Position numbers and translations under genes: made by a program
In this document: in pieces, positions 38,356-51,465 of the stretch
Layout: the number at the start of each line of letters is the position of its first letter
Numbering within the stretch: position 1 is the stretch's first letter
From: Octopus sinensis
Taxonomy: Eukaryota
Reading direction: 5' to 3'
Length of the DNA: 64,000 nucleotides
Assembly: GCF_006345805.1 (NCBI RefSeq)
Contig: NC_043013.1
Coordinates: 49,352,001 to 49,416,000 of the forward strand
The notes under the pieces: model-generated
Seen by the model: only the letters and a program-made list of their open reading frames with translations
The model's database searches: none
Told to the model about the DNA's origin: nothing

Positions 38356-38770
38356 TGTAAGTGGAACTGACATGAGGAAACTGATGTAGAAGATCATGTG
38401 TGTGTGTGTGTGCACGCATGCAAATGTATGTGAATGTTGACATCCTAGTCTTTAATTGCTACTGCTTGAGTAAATGAACAGTATGCTTGTATGCATGTAT
38501 GCATCGGTGCATGTATATATATGTATGCATGTGTAGTTAAACATATTACGTTATTATCTAAATGTAACCTGCTATTTGAGCCCTTACTCAGAGTGATCTT
38601 CAATTGAAGATTACCTGAAGAGTATTTCTAGTAAGAAACTCTGAGTAATAAGCTATACAAAATTTAAAATATATTCACACTCTACAAACTTAATATGAGT
38701 AATTTTTTTAGTTTTTACTAGCCATATAAAGCTATCAGTGCTCTCCTCTCTCTCTCCCTATCTATCTATC

Positions 38771-38839
<69 letters not shown>

Positions 38840-38954
38840 GTGTGTATACACACATATATACATACATACATACATATATACATACATACATACATACAGG
38901 TCATACTGCTAGTGCATGCATATACGGTTGCATGCGTGCACACATACACGTGAG

Positions 38955-39238
38955 TACTGTCCAAATCACCGACCAATCACATACAGCTAGCTGGCATTCA
39001 ATTGGCGTATCAAGTTTCGGGCATTTTGATTGGGTTTTGGATAGAAAATTCCCAAAAAATTCACTTCTATTGATTTTTTAATGGCTTTGCAGAGTGACTG
39101 GGGAAATGTAAAGATGTGCACGACCACCATTGGACGGTTTTAAATGACCATAGAAGGTGCGAGCCCTCTAACTGAAAGATTGTGGATTTGTATAAAGGAC
39201 ACGCACGCAGACATTTTGCCATTTATATATATAGAGAT
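38955..39238 (-). mobile_element. Non-autonomous Helitron-like element, 5' portion
   Basis: The minus strand begins TCTCTATATATATAAATGGCAAAATGTCTGCGTG, a typical non-autonomous Helitron 5' end. Confidence 0.45.
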
Positions 39239-40010
39239 ACTGGGTGAAAAAGAATGGAGATGAACTATTTGATGTTGCTATGGGGATGCCTGATGGAGCA
39301 AAGATAGTGGATCTGGTTGGCCTTTTCATCTTACATATCCCTAACAATGTCGTAAAGGATGCTAACATAGATTTATATAGGGATGATGGAGTAAGGCATA
39401 ATAAGAATGGCTATGATACATAGAAGTTATGCATGATATTTAATCAACTCAATCTAAGAATTAGAGTTAGCACTTATCTCGAAGAAGCTAATTTCTTAGA
39501 TGTTAACATGAACCTTCACACAGGAAAATATAGATTTTCCACAAGCCTAACAAGGGATACATCATGTATCAACAGCAGCTGTAACCATCCACCATCAACA
39601 ATAAATAGCATAAACAGGCATGTTTCCAACATATCCGCTGATGAAGCAGGCTTCATAAAGTAACCACAAAGAAACATGGTTAAAATTAGCTATAATTGCT
39701 TTCCCCATATAGGTACAACCATCTTCAGTTACAATAAGAATCATAGCGCTAGGAACATGCACAGAAATCTTGTATCACTAGATCCCCTGGTAAATGTCCT
39801 CTAAACAATACATGCCATGAAAAAGAACTGATTTATAAGGCCAATATCACTGACATGGATTGGACCACAAGAACTTACATGGGAATGACTGGAAATACCC
39901 CCAAGGAAAGATATACACAGGACTTGGCTTTACTTAGAGATAGCAATGAAAGACACAACATATTTGTCTTATATGGTATGGAGCTATAAAGAATATTTTT
40001 AGCATTAGGG
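39238..40010 (+). mobile_element. Degenerate Penelope-like RT and endonuclease fragment
   Basis: FDVAMGMPDGAKIVDLVGLFIL, LYRDDG, NFLDVNMNL, SCNHPPS, later LIYKA...TYMGMT. Confidence 0.8.
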
Positions 40011-40202
40011 AAAGAACCACTCCCACTGCTTACATAAATCACTGTTTAAACTTGTTTATGTTGTTATTTATAATACTATATTCTATAAAAAGAATCCCTC
40101 ACACTGTACAGACAAATTGTTATGAAAATTTGTAGAAAATCCAAGAAGGTGAAATTATACACTTACAAGTTCAATGAGTATTGGCATTTCTTAATTTCAT
40201 AT

Positions 40203-40575
40203 ACTCTTACTCTTTACTCTTTTACTTGTTTCAGTCATGTGGCTGTGGCCATGCTGGAGCACCGCCTTTAGCCGAGCAAATCGACCCCAGGACTTACTCT
40301 TTGTAAGCCTAGTACTTATTCTATCGGTATCTTTTGCCGAACCGCTAAGTTACGGGGATGTAAACACACCAGCATTGGTTGTCAAGCGACACACATATAT
40401 ATACATATATACGACGGGCTTCTTTCAGTTTCCGTCTACCAAATCCACTCACAAGGCTTTGGTCGGCCCGAGGCTATAGTAGAAGACACTTGCCCAAGGT
40501 GCCACGCAGTGGGACTGAACCCGGAACCATGTGGTTGGTAAGCAAGCTACTTACCACACAGCCACTCCTACGCCT
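40203..40575 (-). mobile_element. Full-length SINE family A
   Basis: High identity to 6615-7012. Confidence 0.9.
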
Positions 40576-40749
40576 ATTTAAAGATAATATGTAAAGATAA
40601 TACATAAATTGTGATTCAAAAGAGCCAGATTGCAACTAATATCTGATAGAATTGATAAATTTGCTTTTTGATATTGAACTCATGAAAAATGAATACACAC
40701 TTTAGCTATAATTTTGATAGCTATAACTATGAAAACTGTCAGAAAGAGA

Positions 40750-41257
40750 TATATATATATATATATATAAAACTCAACTTGTGTGTCTGTGTGTGTATAT
40801 GTGTGTGTGTTTGTGTGTTTAACTTCCCGGCACATCTCCTTCTAACCAACAAATTGTAGAACCACCAAAAATGGGTCACTTAAAGTTTAGGCGAATGAAA
40901 ATTGAACTGCGCTATTTCTGTTCCGCAATCACATCTCGCAAGTGCAAAAATAGATAATGTGTTTGTTTAGTCCTTATCCCATGCATTGAATAGTGAACTT
41001 TACTCAGTCAGCTGTTTGATGTGAACTGTGTTTACCATGCGTAAATTGCATGAAAAATAAAAAAATCAAGATATAAAAACGAATCGCCGTAAACATTGTA
41101 GAAATTCGGCAAAGAAATGAATTTTCGGGATGTAGCCTGGAGGGTTTTTTTTCTATTAATCGTTTGAACTTTGTGAACACATACCAATTGTTTTCATAAC
41201 ATTTTTAATGCTTTGAATTAAATGTGACCATTTTGCAAAGCTGGGCAATACTGCTAG
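40750..41257 (+). mobile_element. Non-autonomous Helitron-like element
   Basis: (TA)n/(TG)n near the 5' end. 3' terminus gctgggcaatactgCTAG followed by T. Confidence 0.5.
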
Positions 41258-42028
41258 TATATATATAAATGCAGAATATTATGAGATTAAAGCAGAAATA
41301 AAAATAATGTTGCTATACATGCACAAAATGAAAAGTTATAGCTAAAACAGTACCACAAAATAATACTGGTACAAATACAATTTGCTTTCAAAGACAAACA
41401 TAGCCTAATAACTCAAAAGTGGTGCAAGCAGTTTAAACTAATTGCAATTTAGTAACACATAAGTAGTGGAGTGGCAAAGTCATTAGAAGTTCTGAGTCAA
41501 AATCCTGCAGAAAAACATTTGACTGGATGCCTTGCATTCTGGGTTCAAATCAAACCACGTTCTACATAGTAGATTTAACCCATCACCTGGTTTAACACCC
41601 CTGCCTGATATCTTGGATGCCTTTAAGCAAGCATTTGGATTAGGTTTCTGGTCTAAGGATAACTTCTTCCCTCCCAACAGTATCAGAGGCTCTGTAACTG
41701 GTCATGAGCACTGCTTTCCCTCCTGACTAAAAGATAAGAAAAAAAATAAGCATACCCATATTGAAACAGAATAAAAATATAAATGAACTAAGCATATGAT
41801 AATAGTCTACACATGCTGTTTGTGTTGATTACACAGTCTTAACAAAACATCAAAAACATATAAACTGTGAATGCACAAACAAGAATAAGAATATTTTGTA
41901 CATTTACCAGAGAGTAGTACTGAAAATTCACTGCATTACTTCTCAGTATTCTTTTGGTATTCAGGGTGTGTGTGTGTGTATGTATGTAAGTGTTTGAATT
42001 ATATATATATATTTATGTATGTATACAC

Positions 42029-42069
<41 letters not shown>

Positions 42070-42161
42070 CAACAATTGAGGATAAAATTAATTAATTATT
42101 AATCAATTTCACCAAGTATTCAGTATGTAAAGGGACCATTTAGGCGAATTCAAATTATTAC

Positions 42162-42371
42162 ATTATATAAAAGGGCTTAGTAAAATAAATTACTTTGCCA
42201 CATACTGAACTCATTAGAAATAGCAGCTAAAAAAATTTTTTTAAACTATTTCTAATACTTTAAGTATTTTCTTTAAGTATTAGAAATAGTTCAAAAAAAT
42301 TTTTTTAGCTGCTATTTCTAATGAGTTCAGTATGTGGCAAAGTAATTTATTTTACTAAGCCCTTTTATATA

Positions 42372-42373
<2 letters not shown>
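42162..42373. repeat. Near-perfect inverted repeat, 99-bp arms, 14-nt spacer
   Basis: 42162-42260 versus 42275-42373, with one mismatch. Confidence 0.95.
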
Positions 42374-42402
<29 letters not shown>

Positions 42403-42412
42403 ATATATATAT

Positions 42413-42690
42413 ACTAGCAGCTAAGCCTGGTTTCACCCAGCCTGTTTGGATGATGTGGCTATAATCATTTTCGGTTAGGCTTAATCTATAACAGCATTTC
42501 TCAACCTTGTCGTTTCAGGTCCCCTGTTTCGATTGGATCCATGTAGCTGAGCTAGGAAGCAAATTTATTATCACACATTCATACCCATAGCTATGTGTGT
42601 GTGTCAACAGGAGACATCGATGTTTCCTAGGGCTAAATGGCGGGTGTAATTCCCTTACGGGACTGTCACATTGAGTTGACAGTATACGAC
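42413..42690 (-). mobile_element. Helitron-like 3' fragment
   Basis: The minus strand ends ctgggtgaaaccaggcttagctgCTAGt (subterminal hairpin plus CTAG). Confidence 0.45.
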
Positions 42691-42737
<47 letters not shown>

Positions 42738-43066
42738 ATATATATACACACACATATACACATATATATACACATTCCATTTGCTCACAGCTTCATTGGA
42801 GCTTCAAATATGAAGTGTAGTTTATTTAATAAACTGCACTTCATATTCAAGGCTACGATGAAACTAGGTGATACTCAACTCTGAGTCCATTGCATCTTAT
42901 AACAGAAACAGCTGTAAGCTAATGAAGTTCATAAGATAATCCTTTATTCCTTTGTTGTTATCTTATTTCTTTATTAGCACTCTGTATTTGACTAATGCGT
43001 CATTCTGAGGCACACTTATATTGAGTTCTACACCAGGTCATTAGTCTCACAATGTCTAAGAAAAAC

Positions 43067-43081
43067 ATCATCATCATCATC

Positions 43082-43137
<56 letters not shown>

Positions 43138-43195
43138 CCTCCCCCACCATCACCACTATCATTATCATCATCATGAACCATCACCATCATGATCA
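43067..43195. repeat. (CAT)n microsatellite, the tail of an adjacent degenerate family C copy
   Basis: Directly visible. Confidence 0.9.
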
Positions 43196-43672
43196 TTTGA
43201 TATCTATGTTCCCTGCTGGTATAGGTTGGACAGTTTGACATGATACAATAGGTCAGAGAATTGTATCATGTCCACTTTGGCATGTTTTCAAATTGCTGGC
43301 TGACTTTCCCAATGCCAACCACTTTGGAGAATTTCCTTGGTGATCTTTTTTGTGTGTGCCACCAGCACTAGTAAGGTCCCCATGCAACTTGCAAGAATAC
43401 AAATTCCAAGAGAGGAGGCTTTATGCTAGAAGATGGGGGATTAAAGTATGAGAAAAGGAGATCAAAACAGAATAGGTTTCTTGCTGATGAGGGGCTACAA
43501 CCAGGGTAGAGCTGAAAAGAGATATATAACAGAGGTGATGAGATGTCTGTGTGAACCCCCAATTTTGGGTGGATAATGTTCGCAAGAGTGTATAGTAAAA
43601 TGAAAGCTGAGAAGTTTGAGAGGGATTAATGTAAAGAATGAAAGTGTGGAGTGGATGGTAAATAGGGAAGAG

Positions 43673-43904
43673 GGGTGGCAAGCTGGCAGAATTGTTAGCA
43701 CACCGGGCGAAATGCGTAGCCGTATTTCGTCTGCCGTTGCATTCTGAGTTCAAATTTTGCCGAGGTCGACTTTGCCTTTCATCCTTTCAGGATCGATAAA
43801 TTAAGTACTAGTTACGCACTGGGGTCGATATAATCGACTTAATACCTATGTCTGTCCTTGTTTGTCCTCTCTGTGTTTAGCCCCTTGTGGGTAATAAAGA
43901 AATA
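43673..43904 (+). mobile_element. Full-length SINE family B with 16-bp TSD, nested in the purine-rich repeat
   Basis: TSD ggtaaatagggaagag at 43657-43672 and 43905-43920. Confidence 0.9.
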
Positions 43905-44409
43905 GGTAAATAGGGAAGAGTAGCTGACAATTGTAGATAATGAATATAATTGTGGGGTAGATGTAGTGAATGGTGGATAAGGAGTGGGAGTGAGTAAAAC
44001 TGAATAGGAATGATAATACAATGATAATACAATAGACAGGGGAAGGATGAGAAAGGGTGATGAGTGGTTGGGAAGGTTGTGAGAGAGGGGAAGAGAGAAG
44101 CAAGTGTATAGTGCATGGAAAGCGTGAGAGGCCAATGGGGTAGAGAAGGTAAAGTGATTTGGTGTCTCAAGGTAGGGGAGGGGGAGTCAGTAGGGGTTAA
44201 TATGAAACATGGATGGAGAGAACAGTATTAAGGATGAGAGATGGATATCAAGTGAAATGGTTCTGGGAAGTGAGAAAGGTTAGTGTTAACAGGAAAAGCT
44301 GAAGTTAGAGAGATGAAGGGTGATGGAGGTATCTTGAGGAAGAAACTGAACAAAGACCTACTTATGCATACACACACACACACACACACACAGAGTACTT
44401 TTAGAACTT

Positions 44410-44615
44410 AGTTTCAGTGAGTTGGGTCAGTCTTCTCAAGAACCATATATTTCCAATCATCCCATTCTCTTGTCAATTCCTCTGTGAGGTTCAACATCCT
44501 GAGATCAGCCTTCACCGCTTTGTCCCATATCTTCCTGGGTCTCCCTCTTCTGCTAGCTTCATCCACAGTTTTTCCATTCATATTTTTATTCTGACGCATC
44601 ACAGGTAATCGGAAA
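44410..44615 (-). mobile_element. RTE LINE 3' end fragment
   Basis: RRGRPRKIWDKAVKADLRMLNLTEELTREWDDWK. Confidence 0.7.
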
Positions 44616-44724
44616 TTTTCAGTAGCAACTGAGTGAATTACCAGCTTCAAAAGAATCAACTTCTTTTTTGTTTTAAGTACACGAACATATTTATATATGT
44701 GTGTGTTTATATATGTGTATATTA

Positions 44725-45012
44725 TTTCTTCTCGAGCCATGCCTGGCTCATGAGGGCCGGTTTCCTTGGCATATAGGTTCCCCACCTGGACAGGACGCTG
44801 GTCCATTGCAGGTGAGCTGCAAATGCAGGAGGAAAGAGTGAGAGAAAGTTGTGGCGAAAGAGTCAGCAGAAGTTTCATCATTACCTTCTGCCAGAGCCGC
44901 ATGGCACTTAGGTGTTTCGCTCATAAACACACACATCTCCAGTTCTGAGATTCGAACCCACGGTTCCTCAACCATGAGTCTACTGCTCTAATCACTAGGC
45001 CATGTGCCTCCA
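44725..45012 (-). mobile_element. tRNA-derived SINE family E
   Basis: Head ggaggcacatggcctagtgattagagc...gggttcgaatctc. Related to 60822-61128. Confidence 0.8.
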
Positions 45013-46074
45013 TATGCGTATATACAATTATATGTATGTATATGTTTATTGAAAAGATTATTATATTTAGGTGTAACAGGAAAATGTATTTTATTAAGGA
45101 CAAGAAAGTAAGTCCTAAATTAGAACCTACACTTATGTTTAAGGACTAGGGATAAATTGCATCACACTTCTTTTCTTAGCTCTACAGTTTTGTGAGATTT
45201 CCATTTTATTTTTCTTTGTAGTTGTTTCTTCTTCATACATCATTATAGAAGAGTACAGCTCAACTGAATATATTCCTATTGGAGAATAGATTGAATGCAT
45301 CTTTATATTTTAATAACTGTGACAAGATGGTTAGAGTCATTGTTTATATAAACTATATCTTAATTGTTACCTGAAGTCAAGCTTAATGTAATGTCTAAAA
45401 ATTTTGTGATTCAAAAATTAGTGTTCATAGTTATTTTTAGACTTTATTCGTTAAATATGTTTATTAGTAGTTTCCTAATTGCATCTGTGTTATGGTTATT
45501 CAGGTTGTACAAATCTGTTAATCTGATATCTTTACATAATCCTAGTTGGGGAAAGTCTGTTTATTTTAAGATTTTAAAAAATGAAATCTATGGACCCATT
45601 AGCTCACACACTTTGGATCTATTAAGAGAATTATAGTTTCGCTGAGCGTCAGTAAAGCCTTCATCCATTTCTTTCATGAGATCTATGCATCCCTAAACTG
45701 TTTATTCAAAAGCTTCCTAACAGTTCACCTCTCACAGTGTGTTGACAAATCCCTTAACAAAATTCAGTCTATCAACACACATGTATCTATCTATCCTACA
45801 CCTTTTCTTCTTTTCAACAACCAACAGTCATTCAACTTTAACCCCAACCCTCCCCACCATACTTACACAAATGGCATCAATCATCAATCATTTATCATTC
45901 ACTTTCAGTCTACATGCCTCACCTATATACAACATAAAATTTTCTATCCAATATATATCATTTCCAGTAATAATTACAAGGGAAATACTTATCAACAGGC
46001 TGATTAATTATCAATACATAACATAAAATAAAATCACTTCTTAATAAACCAAACAAATAGCAACATATCACCCT

Positions 46075-46522
46075 TTAACCCTTTTGTTACTGTATTTATT
46101 TTGCTCTGTGTTTCTTTAACCCTTTCGTTACCAACCCGGCCAAAACCGGCTCAAGCTCTGTAATACAAAAGTCTTGTTTTGAAAAGTTCTGAATTAAAAT
46201 CTTCCACCAAACCTTAGTCACAATTTATGTTCCTAACACTAGCTTAATGATAACCAAGTCATTTTACTAAATTCTTTGTTATATTTAAAATAATTGAAAG
46301 AAACACAGAGCATCTCAAAATATATACATTAACAAAAGAGTTAAATTACTTTAAATATAACAAAGAATTTAGTAAAATAACTTGGTTATCATTAAGCTAC
46401 TGTTAGGAACATAAATTGTGACTAAAGTTTGGTGGAAGATTTTAATTTAAAACTTATTAAAATAAGACATTTGTACTCAGAGCCAGAGCCGGTTTCAGCC
46501 GAGTTGGTAACGAAAGGGTTAA
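46075..46522. mobile_element. Two nested TTAA-targeting MITEs of the same family in opposite orientation
   Basis: Outer copy TTAA|CCCTTT (46075)...AAAGGG|TTAA (46522). Inner copy 46116-46344 is bounded by TTAA. Confidence 0.8.
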
Positions 46523-47362
46523 TATTCAAGAACAACAGACAACTGAAATTACTATATTTCTGTAACCATAATTTCCATGATAACCATTCTGTATATGGAA
46601 AAGTGCATATCACAATGGCTTAATTTCTTGCCAAAAGCAAAATTCTTCTGTCAAATATAGCAACAGAATCTATATGATAAATATTTTTTTTACCTGAAGG
46701 ACTAGGAGTACGCAGAAATTGAAAAGAAAAATAAAACAGCTAGAAGCTGTAATTTAAATATGACATACAGCAGGTATGAATATGTCTTTGATTTAGCACT
46801 CACAATAATATTTCTTACCAAAGAGTATTGAATAAATACTCTTCTTTCTTTTTTGTATATTTACAAAGAATGATTTAAATTTTGGTTGGCAAGCTGTCAC
46901 CCAACCACATTTTACTCCGAATTCCCCTAAGTATCTCTTCTTCAACTCTTATAGTGAATTCAGCCTTTTGAGTTTAATGTCTGTACACTAACCAATATCA
47001 ATGCTACCTAAATACACCCAGTGCACCTGGCTCTTATTCTCTTCTCACTTTGTGTCACTGTATCCAATCCATTGTCTTCAGATCTGGATAGCTCTACAGC
47101 TTGTTCCTTGTCATTATTTTTCTTTCCTTCAATTACTAACCTATACAAATGCAAATTGAATATTTTCATTAATCTTAATCATTTATCTCTATTCTTCAGT
47201 TTTTGAGGGTATGAACAGGTGATAGATGCTACTCTTTCTTTCACAGGCTAACCAATTATAACAAACTTTAAATCATAAATTAAAAGAATTGTAAGAATTC
47301 AGGTTTTGGAGTTTTTATAGCCAAATCTAAGATATGTGACATCACATATTCTATATGCTTTC

Positions 47363-47376
47363 ATTATTTATTATAA

Positions 47377-47434
<58 letters not shown>

Positions 47435-47552
47435 CATTAGGCACCAAGTTGGCTGAGCTGTTAGCATACTGAATAAAATGCTTAGCAACATTTCGTACAT
47501 CGTTACATTCTGAGTTCATATTTCCCTGAGGTCAACTTTGCCTTTCATCCTT
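47363..47552 (+). mobile_element. (ATT)n tract followed by the 5' part of a degenerate SINE family B copy
   Basis: gaggtcaactttgcctttcatcc. Confidence 0.65.
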
Positions 47553-50500
47553 ACTATGCGTAGGCTTATTCACTTAAACATGTATATAATTTCAGAAAAA
47601 ATACCATTTTTATAGACATGCAAGTTTTTCATAACTAAAAATCTAATATGATTACTAATAGAAAAGATAAATATTTATCAATAGTAAAAGAAAAGGGCGA
47701 GTTCGCATCGTATTGATTTTATATTATAGTTTAAGTATCATTGAAATACATAAATTTGAGATTATTGACTAAAATATCGTAAAATAAAACAATATTAAAA
47801 GTAGTTTAAAATGAAATACCATCATAATTAAAACTAATGATATATCAGTTCTTATAACTTATAAAATAGAAATAGAAAAATAGTTTTCATACAAAAATAG
47901 TATATTGAGTATACTACAGTAGAATTGGCCTAGATAAATAATGAAGCAACAAATAAATCTAATATAACATTTTGAAAATATAGTACTCAACATTGCTTAA
48001 TAAAATTTTTTTAAATCAAAACATCAGTTATTAACTCTTTCAACATTTTAAGTCAATGATTATTTTCAAAAGAAATATTTTAAAATTGCTTATGTCATAT
48101 TGTTTCAAAAGAAACCCTTTAAAATTATTTCAAAAATATTACTTTCTTTCAATTTTAGTGATGATTTCCAAAATCAGTTAAATATTAAGTATTAGACTCA
48201 GGAATATTTAGTAACATTTGGAGCTGCTTATATTCTCAGCAATAAATCATTAATTATTCATATTGGTATTATTAATTGCCATCATATCAAATTTGCAAAG
48301 CAAAATAATTACAGTATAATTCAAAATATATTTCTGCAGTTTTTGTGCAGACATTATGAAAACTTTCTGGCAGAATATATGGAAACTAAATACCCTGATT
48401 TATATGGTGTATGACTTTAAAATGTTCAAAAGAGGAAAACAAAAGAAAATAAAAAGTAACTCAAGACAATCAAAATCCTGTCAAAAGAAACAAAATGAAA
48501 TCTTAAAATAACTTATTTACAAACAAAATGCAATCAAATTAATCTTCAAAAATTCTTGTCAAGCATTCAGTGATTTGCTCATTAATTTCAGTCGTAGCAT
48601 AAAACTAAATTTATTTCAGCCTATAATTATCTTTTTTTTTTTACTTTATTAAAAACTGGGTACATTTCTGTGATAATTCACCTAAGTTACTTGAAGTTTA
48701 TCTTACCATCTTTAAGCGCTATTGAGATTTTGCAAAATAAATCAACTATTATGTCTATCAGTGTACAAAATATCTGATAAAAAAATGTATATAATTTATT
48801 AATTAGTACAGTAATATTCTATTTGTTAATTTTTCCAAAATGAAAAAGATCACATAAGTTTTTAAGTAATACAGCGATCTGCTATAATAATAATCACTTT
48901 GGAAGTTTTAATTGGGAAATTAGGGTTAACCTAAAATAAGTATGATAATTAAGTGGTAATTATAAATATCTTTTTAAATATGATATGGAAAGAATGCACT
49001 ATCCGAAGTAGTTTAGGAATTGAAGATTAAAAATCTAAATGATAAAATTCTTGTTAGAATAATAACATAGAAATAAAATTGCAAAATGAAAATTAAACAA
49101 CAAATAAGAAAATAAAGAGAATTAATAAAAAGAAAACTGAAATAAATATAATAATGTATCAGAATCTATGCGTAACAAAAACTTTAAATTAATAGATTGA
49201 AACATCATGTAATTTGGACCATATTCAGAAAGTCCATTGTATATTATTGATGCCATAAATTTATTTGCATTTCTACATCTATGATAAAAGCCATCTGGAA
49301 GATTAGCATGAAATATATTTATTTGTTTCATTGTACTTGGTAAATTATTTTCTAACTCATAAAACCAAGAATGAAATGCCTATTAAACTATACATACACA
49401 CACACATATGCACAGTACTTAATATATGTACATGCATACACAGACAGACACACACGCATACATTGACTGTTCAGAATTAAATTGTTAATAGGTTTTGGTG
49501 AAGCAGGCAAAAGAAAAAAAAAGCAGAGAAGATAAAAATTTTTAGTAAAAGTAGAAAGATGCTTTATCTAATTTGGAAAAAGGTCAGTGGAAAACCAGCA
49601 TGGTGTTACTGGCAGTATAAATACCCACCAAATGAGAGATTCAAAACTGAATTTGTCATTTAATTTCAAATTACCATTTGGAAAGGTATAATGTTAATAG
49701 TGTGTGTGTGCGCACGTGTGTGTGTGTGTTTGTGTGTGCGTGTGTGTGCATGTGTATGTGTGTGTGTGTGTGTGTGTGTTATCTTCTCTGATGTTTCATT
49801 TTTATCATCTTTTCATTTTATCTAGTTTCAGCTCACGAGTTGTGGCCATGCTGGGGCACCGCCATGTTCATTTTTATCAATTATGAAGTTGCAGTTGATT
49901 GAATCTGCTCCTATTATTCCGTCCTACGTGTTCCGACTCCTGTCCAGTTTTTGGAAACCAACGAGAGGCATTAACTATCTTAATATCCTGATATCCATCT
50001 ATCAAACCATAATCATATTTTAAAATGGAAATGCATTACATGAAACATTCTCACTTGTACTGATCTAAGTCAACTGAAATTAAGTTTTATGCAATGGTCC
50101 AAATTACATCAATGCAACATGCAATACAAAACAATATTACAAACACTAATAGCTGCAAGAACACACACATTGGACACTGAAAGAGAAGCAAAACACAGTA
50201 AGTGGTCAGCAGGAGAGAAGCAACCACTGAAGGAAGTAGCAGGTAAATGTAATGTTGATGAAACTATCTGAAAAGTAAATCTAAAATTGCTCAACATTCT
50301 AGAACTATGAATGGATGAAATAAACATTTTTGGAATTATGAAACAGTGAAAGAAAAACAAACATTTCAAAAATTTCAGATTAAAAAGCTTAGGAAAATAT
50401 AATTAAACAAAACACTAAATCTAAATTTAAAATTTATATTTTTACAGCATTTATTTCGAAATTTACCTTTCCTATAATTTTGTTTCATATTTATATATAT

Positions 50501-51159
50501 ATTTGAATTTTGAATGACTAATGATCAGAATTAATTAATTTTGTAGGAAATCAAGAATAAAAATTTAGTACTGATCCATCATTTTCTTAGTCAATAAAGA
50601 TTTCGTGTGTAAGTTTATATTATTTCTATATATATGTGTATGTGTATACGTTTGTGTCTAGTCTAATTATTCTTATTTTTCTCTTGGTGATTATATCCAT
50701 ATTAAGATTTGAGTTTCAAATCAAGAGGAATTTTCCACTCTACCACAAATCTTATTTAAGTACAAAGTGCTTTTATATCATTTAATAAAGAATTGCATCT
50801 TAACATAAGCTATTTCTTATTAAACACAATTCTAGATGTTACTCTGATAAGTAAACTAATGCAAGAACTAAACATATCCAAACTGGTACTTAAATCCAGT
50901 AACTTATTCTTTGGAATAGGTCACTTAATATGAGTACCAATATGGAAAAATTCATCTATCCATCACTGATGGACAGATGCACAGAGCAATGAACTAAAAT
51001 ACACACATAAGCTACTAAGGGAAGCAAAATATACAACAGAAATTGAAAAATTCTGTTGTTCATTTCCTATTGATTTCACCATTTATTTATAAGCATTAAT
51101 AAACCTTATGCACATGAATAGAAATAATGCTTATGCAAATATCACTGTATGTGTGTATA

Positions 51160-51465
51160 TCATCATCATTTAGCATCTGCTTTCCATGCTAGCATGGGTT
51201 GGACGGTTCAACTGGGGTCTGGGAGGCCAGAAGGCTGCACCAGGCCCAGTCTGATCTGGCAATGTTTCTACGGTTGGATGCCCTTCCTAAGCCAACCACT
51301 CCGTGAGTGTAGTGGGTGATTTTTACATGTTACTGGCACAGGTGCCAGACAGGGCTGGCAAACGGCCAAAGTCGAATGGAGCTTTTTACGTGCCACCGAC
51401 ACAGAGGCCTGGTGAGGCTGGCAACGGCCACGATCGGATGGTGCTTTTTACGTGCCACTGGCACG
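51160..51465 (-). mobile_element. Repeat family C copy
   Basis: Homologous to 568-990. Confidence 0.75.

Noticed and set aside
49880-50010. GIIG-containing frame as a possible KH exon
   Set aside because: No GxxG loop or KH pattern, an in-frame stop precedes it and there is no good acceptor.
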